From the NCBI GenBank assembly GCA_040954595.2, contig CM082595.2, positions 9,599,918 to 9,663,917 of the forward strand: a stretch of DNA of 64,000 bases. Direction: 5' to 3'. The notes under the pieces are model-generated. The model was not told the origin of the DNA, made no database searches, and saw only the letters and a list, made by a program, of their open reading frames with translations. The stretch comes from Balanoglossus misakiensis. Lineage: Eukaryota; Animalia; Hemichordata. The translations under genes and the position numbers were made by a program. Positions 13,201-24,158 of the stretch are shown here, one piece after another; positions within the stretch are counted from its first letter, which is position 1, and each line of letters starts with the position of its first letter.

Positions 13201-16200
13201 CATATTTCCTTCTTTGTTAGCCTCTTTCTGTGCATGTTCCAAGAGTAAACCCATTTCTCTTTCGGCCTTAGAGATGTATGACACAATGTACACAACACAG
13301 GCATAAGCATCCACCACAAACTGAATGTCCATGTTTGCATTCCAGCAACGGAGAAGGTTGGTATTATATTGGTTCACCCAAACATCACTTGGCTCACGTT
13401 TTAGAACTACACTTGTCTTCTTTGCCAAAATTGCATTTGCTTGTTCAAACATCTCCTGAGATATGCCAACTGCATTGAACAAATCATCGATAGTATCAAT
13501 TTGTTTCTCTTTATCACACAGGCATGTCCACACTCGTTCTAAAATTTGTCTAGCCTTCTTCTGAACCAATACTGTATCATCCAACTCAAGCAAACTATTT
13601 TCAAATTCACTCTCCAGCGATGTAGACATTTGATCATCCTTACACTGATCGTCATCTGTTACCTCTATTCCGGTATCTATGCTGACAGATGGGTGGCATA
13701 TAAAGGTTTTGTTTGAAGGAGGTCGGGGGAAGTTGAATCGACATGTAGTACCCTTTTTCTTGCAAGATTTTGAATGCCTTGAGCTGTGTTTCTGGACTGT
13801 TTTCACAATCTCATGCAGTACCTCATCCTCCTCTATAGAAGGCATTTCACATGTTACATATCTGTCAACAAACTCAACAACATCCTCATCAGAATCTTTG
13901 TCCACTTTTGGTGCATTTTCAACCCAAAACAAACAGTGAGTGTGTGGTGATCCACGCTGCTGAAACTCAACTCGATAAAAATAATCTTTGATCTTCCCAA
14001 TAGGACTAGCTGGTGACATTATTACCTCATTCAAGAAACAATGGAATCTATGATCAAACATTCTTGCTGCTGTTACAGGATTTCGTCTCAGGATACCACA
14101 TTTCTCACACCAATCGAGATCCTCAGCATTACGTGTATCACCTTCTTCACGTAGGATAGTCTCAATTACTTCTTTCCATCTTAAGTCAGCAGCAGAAAAT
14201 GAACAGAACCATGTCGGTATACCTAACTGTCTGATCATTGCAAAAATATCTTTCTGTGTAGCTTGCCAATAAGGAGGAGTTCCTCGTACTGGTTTTAGAA
14301 ACTTGTAGCCTTCATCACACTTCAATATCTCTCTCAAAGAATCCCCATCAGTCAGAACATCAGATGTCACCTTTTTGCCACAAGCGTTGGCAGTTCCTTT
14401 TCTCAAAGCGATTGAAACATTTGATACAACCTGGTCAAGTTCTGAACGATATTGTGCATAAAATATGTAGTCTGTGCTTTTTGCAAACCTGTTACTTGCA
14501 TTCATGAGGCGACTCTGCAGGTATCGTCCTATTGTTATCTTAACCTCTCGATCATCGTGAAATGTTGGTGATCCAGTTGGGAATATCACAGGAAAGCACT
14601 TAGCTTCATTGAACTTCTCCATCAACACTCTAACAGGTTTATTATCCTCGCCAGGAGCAACACAAGCGATATCATCAAAGTGATAATCAAGAATATCCTG
14701 ACCAATGTCAACTGGTTGAAAGCATGTGTCCATGAATATTCCATTAGTATCTCCATCAGGCTCATTTCCATTTTCTGTGTCTGATGCTACATCATTGCCT
14801 TCAGTATCTAACAATTTTTCCTCAGTGTTTTCATTACTTTCACCATTAGATTTTTCTTCAGTCTTTTCAAGAGTATTTTCCCAAGTGAGATTGAATTTGA
14901 CATCATTATACAACTTGTTATTTTTCTGTAGGTATTCCAGTGCATTTTGAATGTGTCCTTTGTTTACAAATTGATACTGATAACAACCTTTGTAACTTAA
15001 TTTCCGCTTTAATTTCACCTTTATCATCTGGTCATCCAATTCACCTCTAGGCAAAATACTTGTGGCCTTTTCTATATTAGACGGGACACACACAACAGGT
15101 CCGTGAACACCATTTTGTCCACCTCTTGGTAGTGCCATCATTTTCATGAAAGGAATATGCAGTGCAATTAAATGTTGCTCTAAAGAATTCAGACATTTTA
15201 ATTCATCAGGGATTGGTTTGACATCAAGATTGTTTGCAGCAGCTTGAACAGGCATCTCTGCACGCAAGAGTTTGCTATGACATGTGTGACAAATCCATAA
15301 TTTACTGGCTGCACTGCTCTTAAGGGGACAATCAACAATACATAATTCACTACAGTTGTGTACATACTCTTGTGTTATGCATTTGTTGGCATTCATTTCA
15401 CAGAGACCTCCCTTAGAGACATAGTTATCCATCTTACAAACAATTACCTGTTTTCTAAAAAGTCGCCGGTGACAAACTGAACATACACAATTTGGCCCAA
15501 CTGAAATCTGATTCCGGAAATCAATTATAACACGCTCTATATTTCCCTTTTCAATCTTTGTCACTTTCCTCTCAGTACGTCTTCTCTGCAGTACAGTTTG
15601 TTTATAAACGTGATCCTGTTGGTAACGTTCCAAACATTTTTTTTTGGTCCAGTTTTGAAACTCTTCATCTCTGTTATACTTGTCAAGAAATTGTGCTGCA
15701 TTCTGACTTTTTTTGTGTTCTCGGAACTTCTGATCGTTTTGGAACTTGTCAGCAAATACTGCTGCAGTCTGTCTCTTCTTTTGTTCTCGAAACTCCAGAT
15801 CTTTTTTGTACTTATGAACACATTGTGCTGCACTCTGTCTCTTCTTTTGTTCTCGGAATGTCTGATCTTTTTTGTACTTGTCAACACATTGTGCTGCACT
15901 CTGTCTCTTCTTTTGTTCTCGGAATGTCTGATCTTTTTTGTACTTGTCAACACATTGTCTCTTCTTTTGTTCTCGGAAAGTCTGATCTTTTGTGTACTTG
16001 TCAACACATTGTGCTGCACTCTGTCTCTTCTTTTGTTCTCGGAATGTCTGATCTTTTTTGTACTTGTCAACACATTGTCTCTTCTTTTGTTCTCGGAAAG
16101 TCTCATCTTTTTTGTACTTGTCAACACATTGTCTCTTCTTTTGTTCTCGGAATGTCTGATCTTTTTTGTACTTGTCAACACATTGTGCTGCACTCTCACT

Positions 16201-17802
16201 CTTCTTGTGCTCTCTGTATAGTGGAACTTTTTCATATTTTGCCAAACATTGTTCTGCACATACAGTTTTCTGTACTTCACGATATACTAGGTCATGATCA
16301 TATCTTCCTGCAAGTCTACGTTTTTTGTTCTCTCTATACAGTACATCTTCATGATATCTCTTTCTACTATCCGATTTTATGTTGTCTCTATATTCAGAAT
16401 TAGTCTGATAGCGTTCATATTGTTTAGATGCTTTAGAGCTCTTCAGACTACTGGGTACATTTAATTCATTCAATTTACCTCTTTCACTTTCATACTTTTC
16501 ACGCCTGAGTTTCTTTTTCAACCGTTCACCAATGGCTCTACCGCGTTTCTTATTTCGTACTGGTGCGAAACACTGTGTTGCAAAAACGTCATCCAAATGG
16601 AACTCTTTTTTCAAACCAATTTGTTTTGAACACTCATTGTCTGTCACACCCATGCATTCTCCAGTTACATTTTCAATAGGGACAACTTCATTGCAATCAA
16701 TGTGTGTACAATGACAGTTTTCCAACTGTGGTGTCTTCACACACTCAACTACTTCATAATGGTTTCTATTGCGATGGTTCAGGTATATACCAACACCTCT
16801 ATCAACATTGTTTTTATTGATTATATTACATGAATGTTTCCACCAACTATCGAAACTGTACACGAAAATATTTACATTGAAGAGATTTGTAGTGGCAAGG
16901 ATTTCAGTTTCTGTAGCCCATGTTCCGAGATGATCCATTCTGGACTTTGCAATGTAATCAGCAACTGATGTATATCCATCTAACCGTACCCAGCCTGAAT
17001 ATACTTCCTCATTGGCTTTCAAGTGATTCACAATGGCCGTTCGAATAACTCCGTGATTTCGCTCAGTCCCACTTATACAATATGACAAGGACCTAAAAAA
17101 ACAGTTCCCATCACCAATAATTGACTTGTAATTACATGGGTCTCCAATTGTTACACTTCCAAGTTTATTGAAAATATCAATATTATTTTTATCTACAATG
17201 TCAAATTTGCAACACAGCTGTTCACATACATCAAAAGTTAGTGGAGAGAACGAATATACGCTGTCCCCTGTTCCACTACCAATATATAGGTCATCCGATG
17301 AATCATTGTCAAGACTATGTTCTTGCAGAATTTCATTACTTCCTTCAGTCTTATCAACACTTTGATTTTCAGTCTCAAATATCTCATTGTTGACTTTTGT
17401 ACTTTCATTTTCTCTGTCACTTTTTCTGATTTTATCCATATTCCTGTTTTTAGAGAGGGCAGGCCCCTCTTTGAATTCATTTCTATTCCTGTTTTTAGAG
17501 AGGGCAGGCCCCTCTTTGTATTCATTTCTATTCCTGTTTTTAGAGAGGGCAGGCCCCTCTTTGTATTCATTTCTATTCCTGTTTTTAGAGAGGGCAGGCC
17601 CCTCTTTGAATTCATTTCTATTCCTGTTTTTAGAGAGGGCAGGCCCCTCTTTGTATTCATTTCTATTCCTGTTTTTAGAGAGGGCAGGCCCCTCTTTGTG
17701 CTCTATAGCTATCCTGTTTTTCAAGAGGACAGGATCCTCAGACACAACAGTATCTTCATTCTTCTGACTCCTCTTCTTCCTCCAGTATCTACTGCGTGGC
17801 AT
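10219..17802 (-). CDS. Helentron RepHel polyprotein: OTU cysteine protease, Cys/His zinc-binding region, HUH Rep, PIF1-family helicase, AP-type endonuclease
   Basis: Uninterrupted ORF. OTU: IIGDGNCFFRSLS..WATETEI..NHYE. Zinc-binding: CSVCH..WICHTCH. Rep: RVEFQQRGSPHTHCLFW and YIVSYISK. Helicase: TGGAGTGKS, IIDEISMV, GDFYQLPPV, TVHKVQGLTV, GQAYVALSRV. EN: ICLTETWL, VYRPP, MGDFN, LIDHVYV. The first ATG (17802) follows a pyrimidine tract and CAG acceptor; the track's start at 17811 is a TTG. Confidence 0.97.
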   Translation of the reverse strand: MPRSRYWRKKRSQKNEDTVVSEDPVLLKNRIAIEHKEGPALSKNRNRNEYKEGPALSKNRNRNEFKEGPALSKNRNRNEYKEGPALSKNRNRNEYKEGPALSKNRNRNEFKEGPALSKNRNMDKIRKSDRENESTKVNNEIFETENQSVDKTEGSNEILQEHSLDNDSSDDLYIGSGTGDSVYSFSPLTFDVCEQLCCKFDIVDKNNIDIFNKLGSVTIGDPCNYKSIIGDGNCFFRSLSYCISGTERNHGVIRTAIVNHLKANEEVYSGWVRLDGYTSVADYIAKSRMDHLGTWATETEILATTNLFNVNIFVYSFDSWWKHSCNIINKNNVDRGVGIYLNHRNRNHYEVVECVKTPQLENCHCTHIDCNEVVPIENVTGECMGVTDNECSKQIGLKKEFHLDDVFATQCFAPVRNKKRGRAIGERLKKKLRREKYESERGKLNELNVPSSLKSSKASKQYERYQTNSEYRDNIKSDSRKRYHEDVLYRENKKRRLAGRYDHDLVYREVQKTVCAEQCLAKYEKVPLYREHKKSESAAQCVDKYKKDQTFREQKKRQCVDKYKKDETFREQKKRQCVDKYKKDQTFREQKKRQSAAQCVDKYTKDQTFREQKKRQCVDKYKKDQTFREQKKRQSAAQCVDKYKKDQTFREQKKRQSAAQCVHKYKKDLEFREQKKRQTAAVFADKFQNDQKFREHKKSQNAAQFLDKYNRDEEFQNWTKKKCLERYQQDHVYKQTVLQRRRTERKVTKIEKGNIERVIIDFRNQISVGPNCVCSVCHRRLFRKQVIVCKMDNYVSKGGLCEMNANKCITQEYVHNCSELCIVDCPLKSSAASKLWICHTCHSKLLRAEMPVQAAANNLDVKPIPDELKCLNSLEQHLIALHIPFMKMMALPRGGQNGVHGPVVCVPSNIEKATSILPRGELDDQMIKVKLKRKLSYKGCYQYQFVNKGHIQNALEYLQKNNKLYNDVKFNLTWENTLEKTEEKSNGESNENTEEKLLDTEGNDVASDTENGNEPDGDTNGIFMDTCFQPVDIGQDILDYHFDDIACVAPGEDNKPVRVLMEKFNEAKCFPVIFPTGSPTFHDDREVKITIGRYLQSRLMNASNRFAKSTDYIFYAQYRSELDQVVSNVSIALRKGTANACGKKVTSDVLTDGDSLREILKCDEGYKFLKPVRGTPPYWQATQKDIFAMIRQLGIPTWFCSFSAADLRWKEVIETILREEGDTRNAEDLDWCEKCGILRRNPVTAARMFDHRFHCFLNEVIMSPASPIGKIKDYFYRVEFQQRGSPHTHCLFWVENAPKVDKDSDEDVVEFVDRYVTCEMPSIEEDEVLHEIVKTVQKHSSRHSKSCKKKGTTCRFNFPRPPSNKTFICHPSVSIDTGIEVTDDDQCKDDQMSTSLESEFENSLLELDDTVLVQKKARQILERVWTCLCDKEKQIDTIDDLFNAVGISQEMFEQANAILAKKTSVVLKREPSDVWVNQYNTNLLRCWNANMDIQFVVDAYACVVYIVSYISKAEREMGLLLEHAQKEANKEGNMDAKSAMKELGGVYLHNREISAQEAVYRVCGLKLKQSSRKVQFIPTGENQIKMSLPLAAIQKKMKGGDLDEEEIWMNSIVDRYKNRPNGVDFDNMCLAKFCSEYRVVSKSEMKNVSNEKRHSPIVKLKNDVGYMQKRSISDGAVVRYARFSVTKCPEKHYGSILQLFLPYRTESQLKPSGFESFEDFYCLGAVKCGTASLEKVKMIVDANKALFETEADAIDAAGQFLDENGHLEDAWAQICPENELERLECIEEGKKCCDDDPVDDSDIPDLVKKPKGDDCHVELSNSMKKYEVEAMCRSLNKKQAEVFYTVRKWCLDKSNGKNPEPFYLFVTGGAGTGKSHLIKSIYHEAKRILARAMPDVDGISIALTAPTGVAAFNIQGTTLHHIFSIAVDSKLPYQPLREEKLNTLRCKFGNLQILIIDEISMVDKKLLYYVHGRLRQIKQSSAESPFGNVCVIAVGDFYQLPPVKASPLCIDRESVNLWNDNFSMVELTEIMRQKDCAFAEALNRVRVHKKGDTLNAGDVAMLQKCVTGETSEAMHVFATNAEVNSCNVEMLHSQCSDPVCIEAEDFSRNPKSGRLEKKEGHHVKVFRTTLPKTLTLAVGARVQLTHNIDVADGLVNGVFGTVCHIAVKPNEKFPAAIYVVFDNEKVGQGLRKKKPITISDLPVNSTPIEPQEMSVASNGGIRRQFPLKLAWACTVHKVQGLTVDKAVVSLKKMFAPGQAYVALSRVTTLDGLIINDFNKSSIYCNEKVQEALETMPKFLPKCTQKEHSNYTCSFVLHNVEGLVNHIKDICNDSEYLEADFICLTETWLSEKGTHCNLQLSGFEFNHQPRSQSYNQFDRNTSSLQLQQRGGVGVYSKLCNDFEILHLGVCNLECISFYVTKINVTVAVVYRPPSYKAEVFKKSLVCLVKAMEKYPGGKLIMGDFNEDILSRSSLVKFMEDHGFRQFVSEPTTEANTLIDHVYVKGIKYVTVNVVPKYFSFHEAISIKI
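15690..16260 (-). repeat. In-frame coding minisatellite, 54/66-bp units (QCVDKYKKDQTFREQKKR[QSAA])
   Basis: About 9 charged 18-22 aa units in the RepHel translation. Confidence 0.9.
17441..17720 (-). repeat. In-frame 45-bp coding minisatellite (KEGPALSKNRNRNEY/F x6)
   Basis: TTCCTGTTTTTAGAGAGGGCAGGCCCCTCTTTG repeats every 45 bp. Confidence 0.95.
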
Positions 17803-17989
17803 CTGGAACAAAGCAAATATACTGTCTAGTTAGGTTTTTACTATCCTTTCACCACCAGACTTCGGATAACCTTCTCATCAAATCACATCACTAGTGATTA
17901 TAACCAGTAAAAAGCAGTGGAACTTTTAACAGACAGAAGTGATTTATAGAAACTAAGTCCGAACAAGGTTGTAATTCAACAGCAACACA

Positions 17990-18950
17990 TAATACACACA
18001 TATCCCCATGCCTGTATACAAATAGACACATATACACACAAAGTATCACAGACACACTTTTTTTCTGCTGGAACACAGGATAAGGCTTAAATCCTAACCC
18101 CTGTATGACTTAACATTCTGGCATTCACATTAGAATGTGCTCAGACAAATCTCAGATCTGAGTGAAATTTTCTTTAAAAATAATTTCCACTATTTAGCAA
18201 TATCAAGTCCAAGTACGATAGGCATACATGTATGAATTTGCACAGACATAAACAAATACACGGACACCCCAACATCCACCATGTACAACCAAATAAGGCT
18301 TCAGACCTGACCCTGAATGACCCGACATTTTCCCATTTACGTTGCAATGTACTCAGCCAAATCTGAATAAAATTTCACTTCAAAACCATTTCCACCAGTT
18401 AGCAATATCAAGTCCAAGTCTGATAGGCATACATGTATGAATTTGCACACACATAAACAAATACACGGACACCAAAACATCCACCGTGTACAACCAAATA
18501 AGGCTTCAGACCTGACCCTGAATGACCCGACATTTTCCCATTTACGTTGCAATGTACTCAGACAAATGTGAATAAAATTTCACTTCAAAACCATTTCTAC
18601 CAGTTAGCAATATCAAGTCCAAGTACGATAGGCATACATGTATGAATTTGCACACACATAAACAAATACACGGACACCCCAACATCCACCGTGTGCAACC
18701 AAATAAGGCTTCAGACCTGACCCTGAATGACCCGACATTTTCCCATTTACGTTGCAATGTACTCAGCCAAATCTGAATAAAATTTCACTTCAAAACCATT
18801 TCCACCAACTAGCAATATCAAGTCCAAGTACGATAGGCATACATGTATGAATTTGCACACACATAAACAAATACACGGACACCCCAACATCCACCATGTA
18901 CAACCAAATAAGGCTTCAGACCTGACCCTGAATGACCCGACATTTTCTCA
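17990..18950. repeat. 205-bp tandem array upstream of RepHel (~3.7 conserved copies plus 1 degenerate copy)
   Basis: TAGCAATATCAAGTCCAAGT occurs at ~18195, 18400, 18605 and 18810, with a diverged unit at ~17990-18190. Confidence 0.9.
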
Positions 18951-20149
18951 TTTTCATTATGCACTCATACGAATCACAAACGATTGTTATAGACCTGATT
19001 TACACTTAACAATTTAATATACAAGTTCAATAACAAGGCAGGGATATCAAGAAACATACATCATACCAATGTTTTATTGAAGCCACTGTTGTAAGAAACG
19101 GCACTATCCAATGGTCTTAACACCACATAGCACAATGATTGTTCTGCACATACAAGTCCCTTCCTTTCTGATGTATTCAATAAACACCATTTCTATGAAC
19201 TATTCTAATATGTTTTTGTTCCATCACCCCTGAATAACAAATTCAAAGAAATGGGCTAGTGCTTTTACATGTTAACAGACGGTGCATGGAAGTGGACAAT
19301 CATCCTATCTGATATTAAACCACAGTGTGACTGATAGTAGAACTAAGCAATTTCTCCGCAAATGATTTAAAAGGCTAATTCACATTTGACACAATGCACA
19401 CCTGAGTGTTAATCTATGATAATATGCACTGTTGTGCACCAACACTCACCTTGAAAACTCTTTGGTAGCCAAAATCTGTCAAGAAAATAATAAATAATAA
19501 TTAATAACTAATTAACTATAAATGTATATTTAAACTAGTACATGAAAATATACAATTGCCTACAAACAGGATAACAATTAACAATGAATTCACTGCCAAG
19601 CTTGTGATATTCAGAAATTCATATCTTGATCACAGTTTCCATACAAATGGCACATACAGGTTACCACAGATTGATAACATAACTTGTCTTGCCCACAACA
19701 TAGTTTCATGGCATCAAAATATGTTTACAAGTCAACTGTTCTTTTCATGCTCCTGCCAGATTCCATTGACTATGTTTTGGCACACCTGTCACCACCAGAA
19801 AGCATACACACTAAAGACAGTGGTCACCAAAAATATTTGGCCAATTCTCCGCTTGTCCCCACTTTTTTACAACAACTAAAACGTCAAATAATCCAGCAAT
19901 GTTTCTGTTTTGTACTCACACAGATTGTTCAATATTTGAAGCAAAATTCCTTTCAATTATCAAAAAACAAATCGATTTAACTGATAAAAATTACAATGAT
20001 AACCCCTGGGCTTTTGATCACATAAACATACAATATTCACAGAAATAAATGCAGTATTTACGTATTTGGAAAAGCCAATCCATAAATATCACACAGTTTA
20101 TTTATTTTTTACAAATACACATCCCAGAAATAATACTTTACCAACGCTT

Positions 20150-20530
20150 GTACGTAACATACGCATGGCACACCGATCGCCCGAATTCAACACTTCCGGT
20201 CACGAGATTCGCTTGCCTAAACCCTTTCCAGTCTAAATAATCATTTGTACATTGACTGAAAAAGAAGCTTATCTCGTAATTTCAACTTGAATGGAACGCA
20301 CTAGAAACTCTGATTTACCCAGCCTCTAATTGTTCTATTTAATCCAGCAAACTCCACCATCTCAACATATATAACATTTGCCAAAACATGCATGCTTACG
20401 GTACCATGGATTCTTTACATACAGTAAGCAATCTCGACACGTTACGATAGCCGCCATATTGGAATTCGCTCGAGACGAAAATACAAAACATCTTACAAAA
20501 CTGCCATCGTCTCACAAACAGACAAAATCA
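20150..20530 (-). promoter_or_regulatory. Putative Helentron transposase promoter / first non-coding exon
   Basis: Local CpG enrichment, YY1-like AATATGGCGGC (minus strand, ~20450-20460), Ets-like CCGGAAGTG (~20191-20199) and a minus-strand donor GTAAGC at ~20399. The ORF ATG is preceded by a splice acceptor. Confidence 0.35.
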
Positions 20531-22943
20531 CACTACCATTGGTTAAACAACAACTTCATAACCAACATCACCAAGTATAATACGTTCAAACAACCGATTC
20601 TCTCATTCGTACCACATTTAAAAACTGCATGTAATTGTATACGTGTTACTCACCGGATTCAGGTCAACGCCTCTGCTGGAGTCAGATTCGTTTTCGGATT
20701 CAAGTGCGTAGGATGAAGTTGCTTTCAGATTCATACCCCATAGACGTGTTGGGTTAACACTCTGTTTATACAGCTCAATATATTGGTATATCTATACTAC
20801 ATCCTCTTCACAGTTAACGAATGTAATATACAGATCTGTTCACTTAAATAAAGATATGTTTATAGCCAAACAAATACCTCTGTCAAAACTTTCACTGATT
20901 CAGATGAAAATTTTCAACTATTTACAACCAATCCACACATCACTTGTGACTAATTAACCAATCACATAATGTGTCCATTCTAACTTTGTATTTCGCCCTC
21001 AACTACTGCATGTGTAATGATGCATGTGGATTAGTGTGTAATCATAATGTTTTGTAGTCTACCTTCTGCCCATCATTTTTGTAATTGGACATTATGATGT
21101 CCATGTTCCAGTTTTTTTGCCACAATTTTTACTAAGTTTGCCAAGAACATGTGATTGGTCGAAGATTATGGCGGCCATATTGGATTTTCGAAAAACCATA
21201 GTAAAACTCCAACAATCTTCTCCAGAACTGGCGATAACTGAGTCGCAAGATTCGGGGAGTGTGGTCATTACACTGATGTCTATCAGGTTTGCAAAGAGCA
21301 TTGTGATTGGTCGAAAAATATGGCGGCCATATTGGATTTTGTAAAAAGCAGTGAAAAATTGAAATTCCTTTTTCTAGTCTAAACATTGATAGCATGCAAA
21401 TTCTTTTTATGGATATCAATCGTCATATGACTAAAATATGTTACAAATTTTTGGCGATTTTTCACCTGACCTTTGACCTACTTTTCACACATTATTATTT
21501 CTGCATATCTATTTCCAGGCTAACCTATAGGGATGCATATATAGCTCATTCTACCTGTTCTAAATGTACCAGAGTTCTGATTTTTGTGCACATTGGTATC
21601 ACCCCTGCCAGGACCTACCCCAAATATTTTGGTAATTTTGGCAATGACCTTTGACCGTGACATGGCGGCCATATTGTTTTTTCTGAAAAAATGCAAATCT
21701 CAGATCTCAGAAACTACAAGTCAGATTTACTTCAGATTTGGTGTGCTGGTAGTTTACCTTCTGCCCATCATTTTTGAAATAGGATATTTTGCTTTCAATG
21801 TTGCAGTTTTTTTGCTACAGTTGTTTTTCTGAAATCTGGTCAAAATTTCAAAAATCTTCTTCTCCAGAACCGGCAATAACCGAGTCACGCGGTTTGGGGT
21901 ATGTGGTCACCAAACTGAGGTCTATCAAGTTTGCGAAGATCATTGTGATTGGTCGAAGATTATGGCGGCCATATTGGATTTTCGAAAAACCCTAGTAAAA
22001 TTTCAAAAATCTTCTTCTCAAGAACCGGCGATAACTGAGTCACAAGATTTGGTGTGTGTGGTTATTAAACAGATGTCTATCAAATTTGCGAAGGAGAATG
22101 TGATTGGTCGAAGATTATGGCGGCCATATTGGATTTTGTGAAAAACAATTAAAAAGTAAAAATTCCCTTTCTAGCCTAAAAATTGATAGCACAGAAATTC
22201 TTTTTATGGATATGAATCATCATATGCCAAGAATAAGCTGTAAATATTTTGGTAATTTTGGCAATGACCTTTGACCTACTTATCATGCATTATTATTTCT
22301 GCATATCTAATTCCTGTCTAACCAATAGGGCTATAAGTTTGGTTTTAGATGTATGTGGATTTGTATGTGATCAACAAATTTTGCTACTTTTCATGACCCC
22401 TTTGACCTCTGCTGACCTCATTAAATATGCACATACCTAATTACAGATGAACCAATAGACCTAGAGGTTTTGTTTTTGTTATACATGGACCACTACGGGT
22501 CAAAATTTTCTACCCAAATTTTGGGTGACCTCAGATGACCTTTGACCTACTTTTGCATATCTCAGCATCCAAAGCAGGTACAACCTTGGCGTTTGGAGGT
22601 ATGGGGCCATAATGAAAAGCCAAAGTTGTGGGGTCACCTGTGACACCTGCTTTACGCATTATTTATGTGCATACCTAATTCCGGGTTAACCAAAAGGGCT
22701 AGAGGTCTGGTTTTTGTTGGACATTGACCACTATGGGTCAAAATATTCTGCCCAAATTGTGGGTGACCCCTGGGTGACCTTTGACCTACTTAACACTATA
22801 TCAGCACCAAACATAGATATAACCTTGATATTTCATGGGATAAAACACTGCATTACGTTTCTACTCATTAATTATGTGCATATCTAATAATCAGATCAGA
22901 TAATAGAGCTTGGGCCCGGACAATGCTGCTTGCAGCTTTAATT

Positions 22944-24158
22944 ATTATTATTATTATTCTTCTTCTTCCGAGAAATTCGGCCAGGTAGATCTGGAAAACC
23001 GCAGCACCTAGGGGGCTGAAACTTGGTAGGGTGATAGGGGCCAATGAGTAGACGTGCAGTGGCTCGTGAATATTTAATTAGTCACGTGACCTGGCGGCCA
23101 TATTGGATTTCCTGAAAATCGTTAAACGAGTCCTTCTCAAAAACTACTGGGCCGATCGAGTTCAAATTTGGTGTGCAGGTAGCCTACCTTCTGTCCATCA
23201 TTTTACCCCATTGAAATCATGACGTCACACATAAAGTTTTTTTGCTACAATTGTTTTTCTGAAAAACTACTTAAAACTTTAAAAATCTTCTTCTCCAGAA
23301 CCAGCGATTGCCGAGTCACGGGATTTGGGGCATGTGGTCACCTAACCTATGTCTATCAAGTTTGCGAAGCGCACTGTGATTGGTCGATCATTATGGCGGC
23401 CATGTTGGATTTTCGGAAAACCATTGAAAAATGAAAATTCCGTTTTGTAGCCAAAATATTGACAGCACGGAAATTCTATTTTTGGATATGAGTCATCATA
23501 TGACCGGAAGTTGTCACAATTTTTCGGGGCAATTTTCACATGACCTTTGACCCAGTTTTAAAACAACTAATTATATATGCATATTCCCCATACCTCCTCT
23601 TGTAAAAGCACCACAGTCATGAATTTTGTGGACATGGGTACCAATGCTGCCAGGACATGACACAAATATTTTGGTAATTTTGGCAATGACCTTTGACCTA
23701 TTTCTGAAACATCATTTTTCTGCATATCTAATTCCATGCTACCCAATAGGGCAAGAGGTCTGGTATTGGTTGGACATGGCCCAGTCTGGGGTCAAAATTT
23801 TATGCCCTAATTTTGGGTGACCTTGGGTGACCTTTGATCTACTTTCCCATATTTCAGCCTCCAGAGCAGTTAGAGCCCTGGCTTGTATGGGTATTGAGCA
23901 CATAATGGAGTCTTACACAAGACCTCATTAATTATGTGCATACCTAATTGCAGGCGAACCAATAGGGCTAGGGGTCTGGTTTTTTGTTGGATCTAGACTA
24001 GTATGGGGTCCAATTTTTTTGCCCAAATTTGGGGTGACCTCAGGTGACCTTTGACCTACTTTCCCATATCTTGGTATCCCCAGCAGATACAGCCGTGGCA
24101 TTTGCTGGTCACCATGGGAACCGCTTGTGCCCCGCCAACGCTGCTTGCAGCTTTAATT
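22944..24158 (+). mobile_element. Body and 3' end of HINE C
   Basis: Starts in (ATT)n(CTT)n. Ends with GCTTGTGCCCC (24123-24133), hairpin (24140-24151) and TTTAATT. Confidence 0.8.

Larger units (their letters stand above)
2325..22943. mobile_element. Full-length autonomous Helentron (Helitron2/HLE2 type), ~20.6 kb
   Basis: Left terminal hairpin AGGGCCCAAGCGC..GCGCTTGGGCCCT (2327-2358). Right subterminal GCTTGGGCCC (22908-22917), hairpin (22925-22936) and TTTAATT. The flanks rejoin into one (TTA)n/(TTC)n tract of HINE C. It encloses a RepHel-EN ORF oriented opposite to the terminal hairpin, as described for Helentron/Helitron2. Confidence 0.75.

Noticed and set aside
15558-17829. Antisense and alternative-frame ORFs over the RepHel repeats
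   Set aside because: They are by-products of stop-free tandem repeats.
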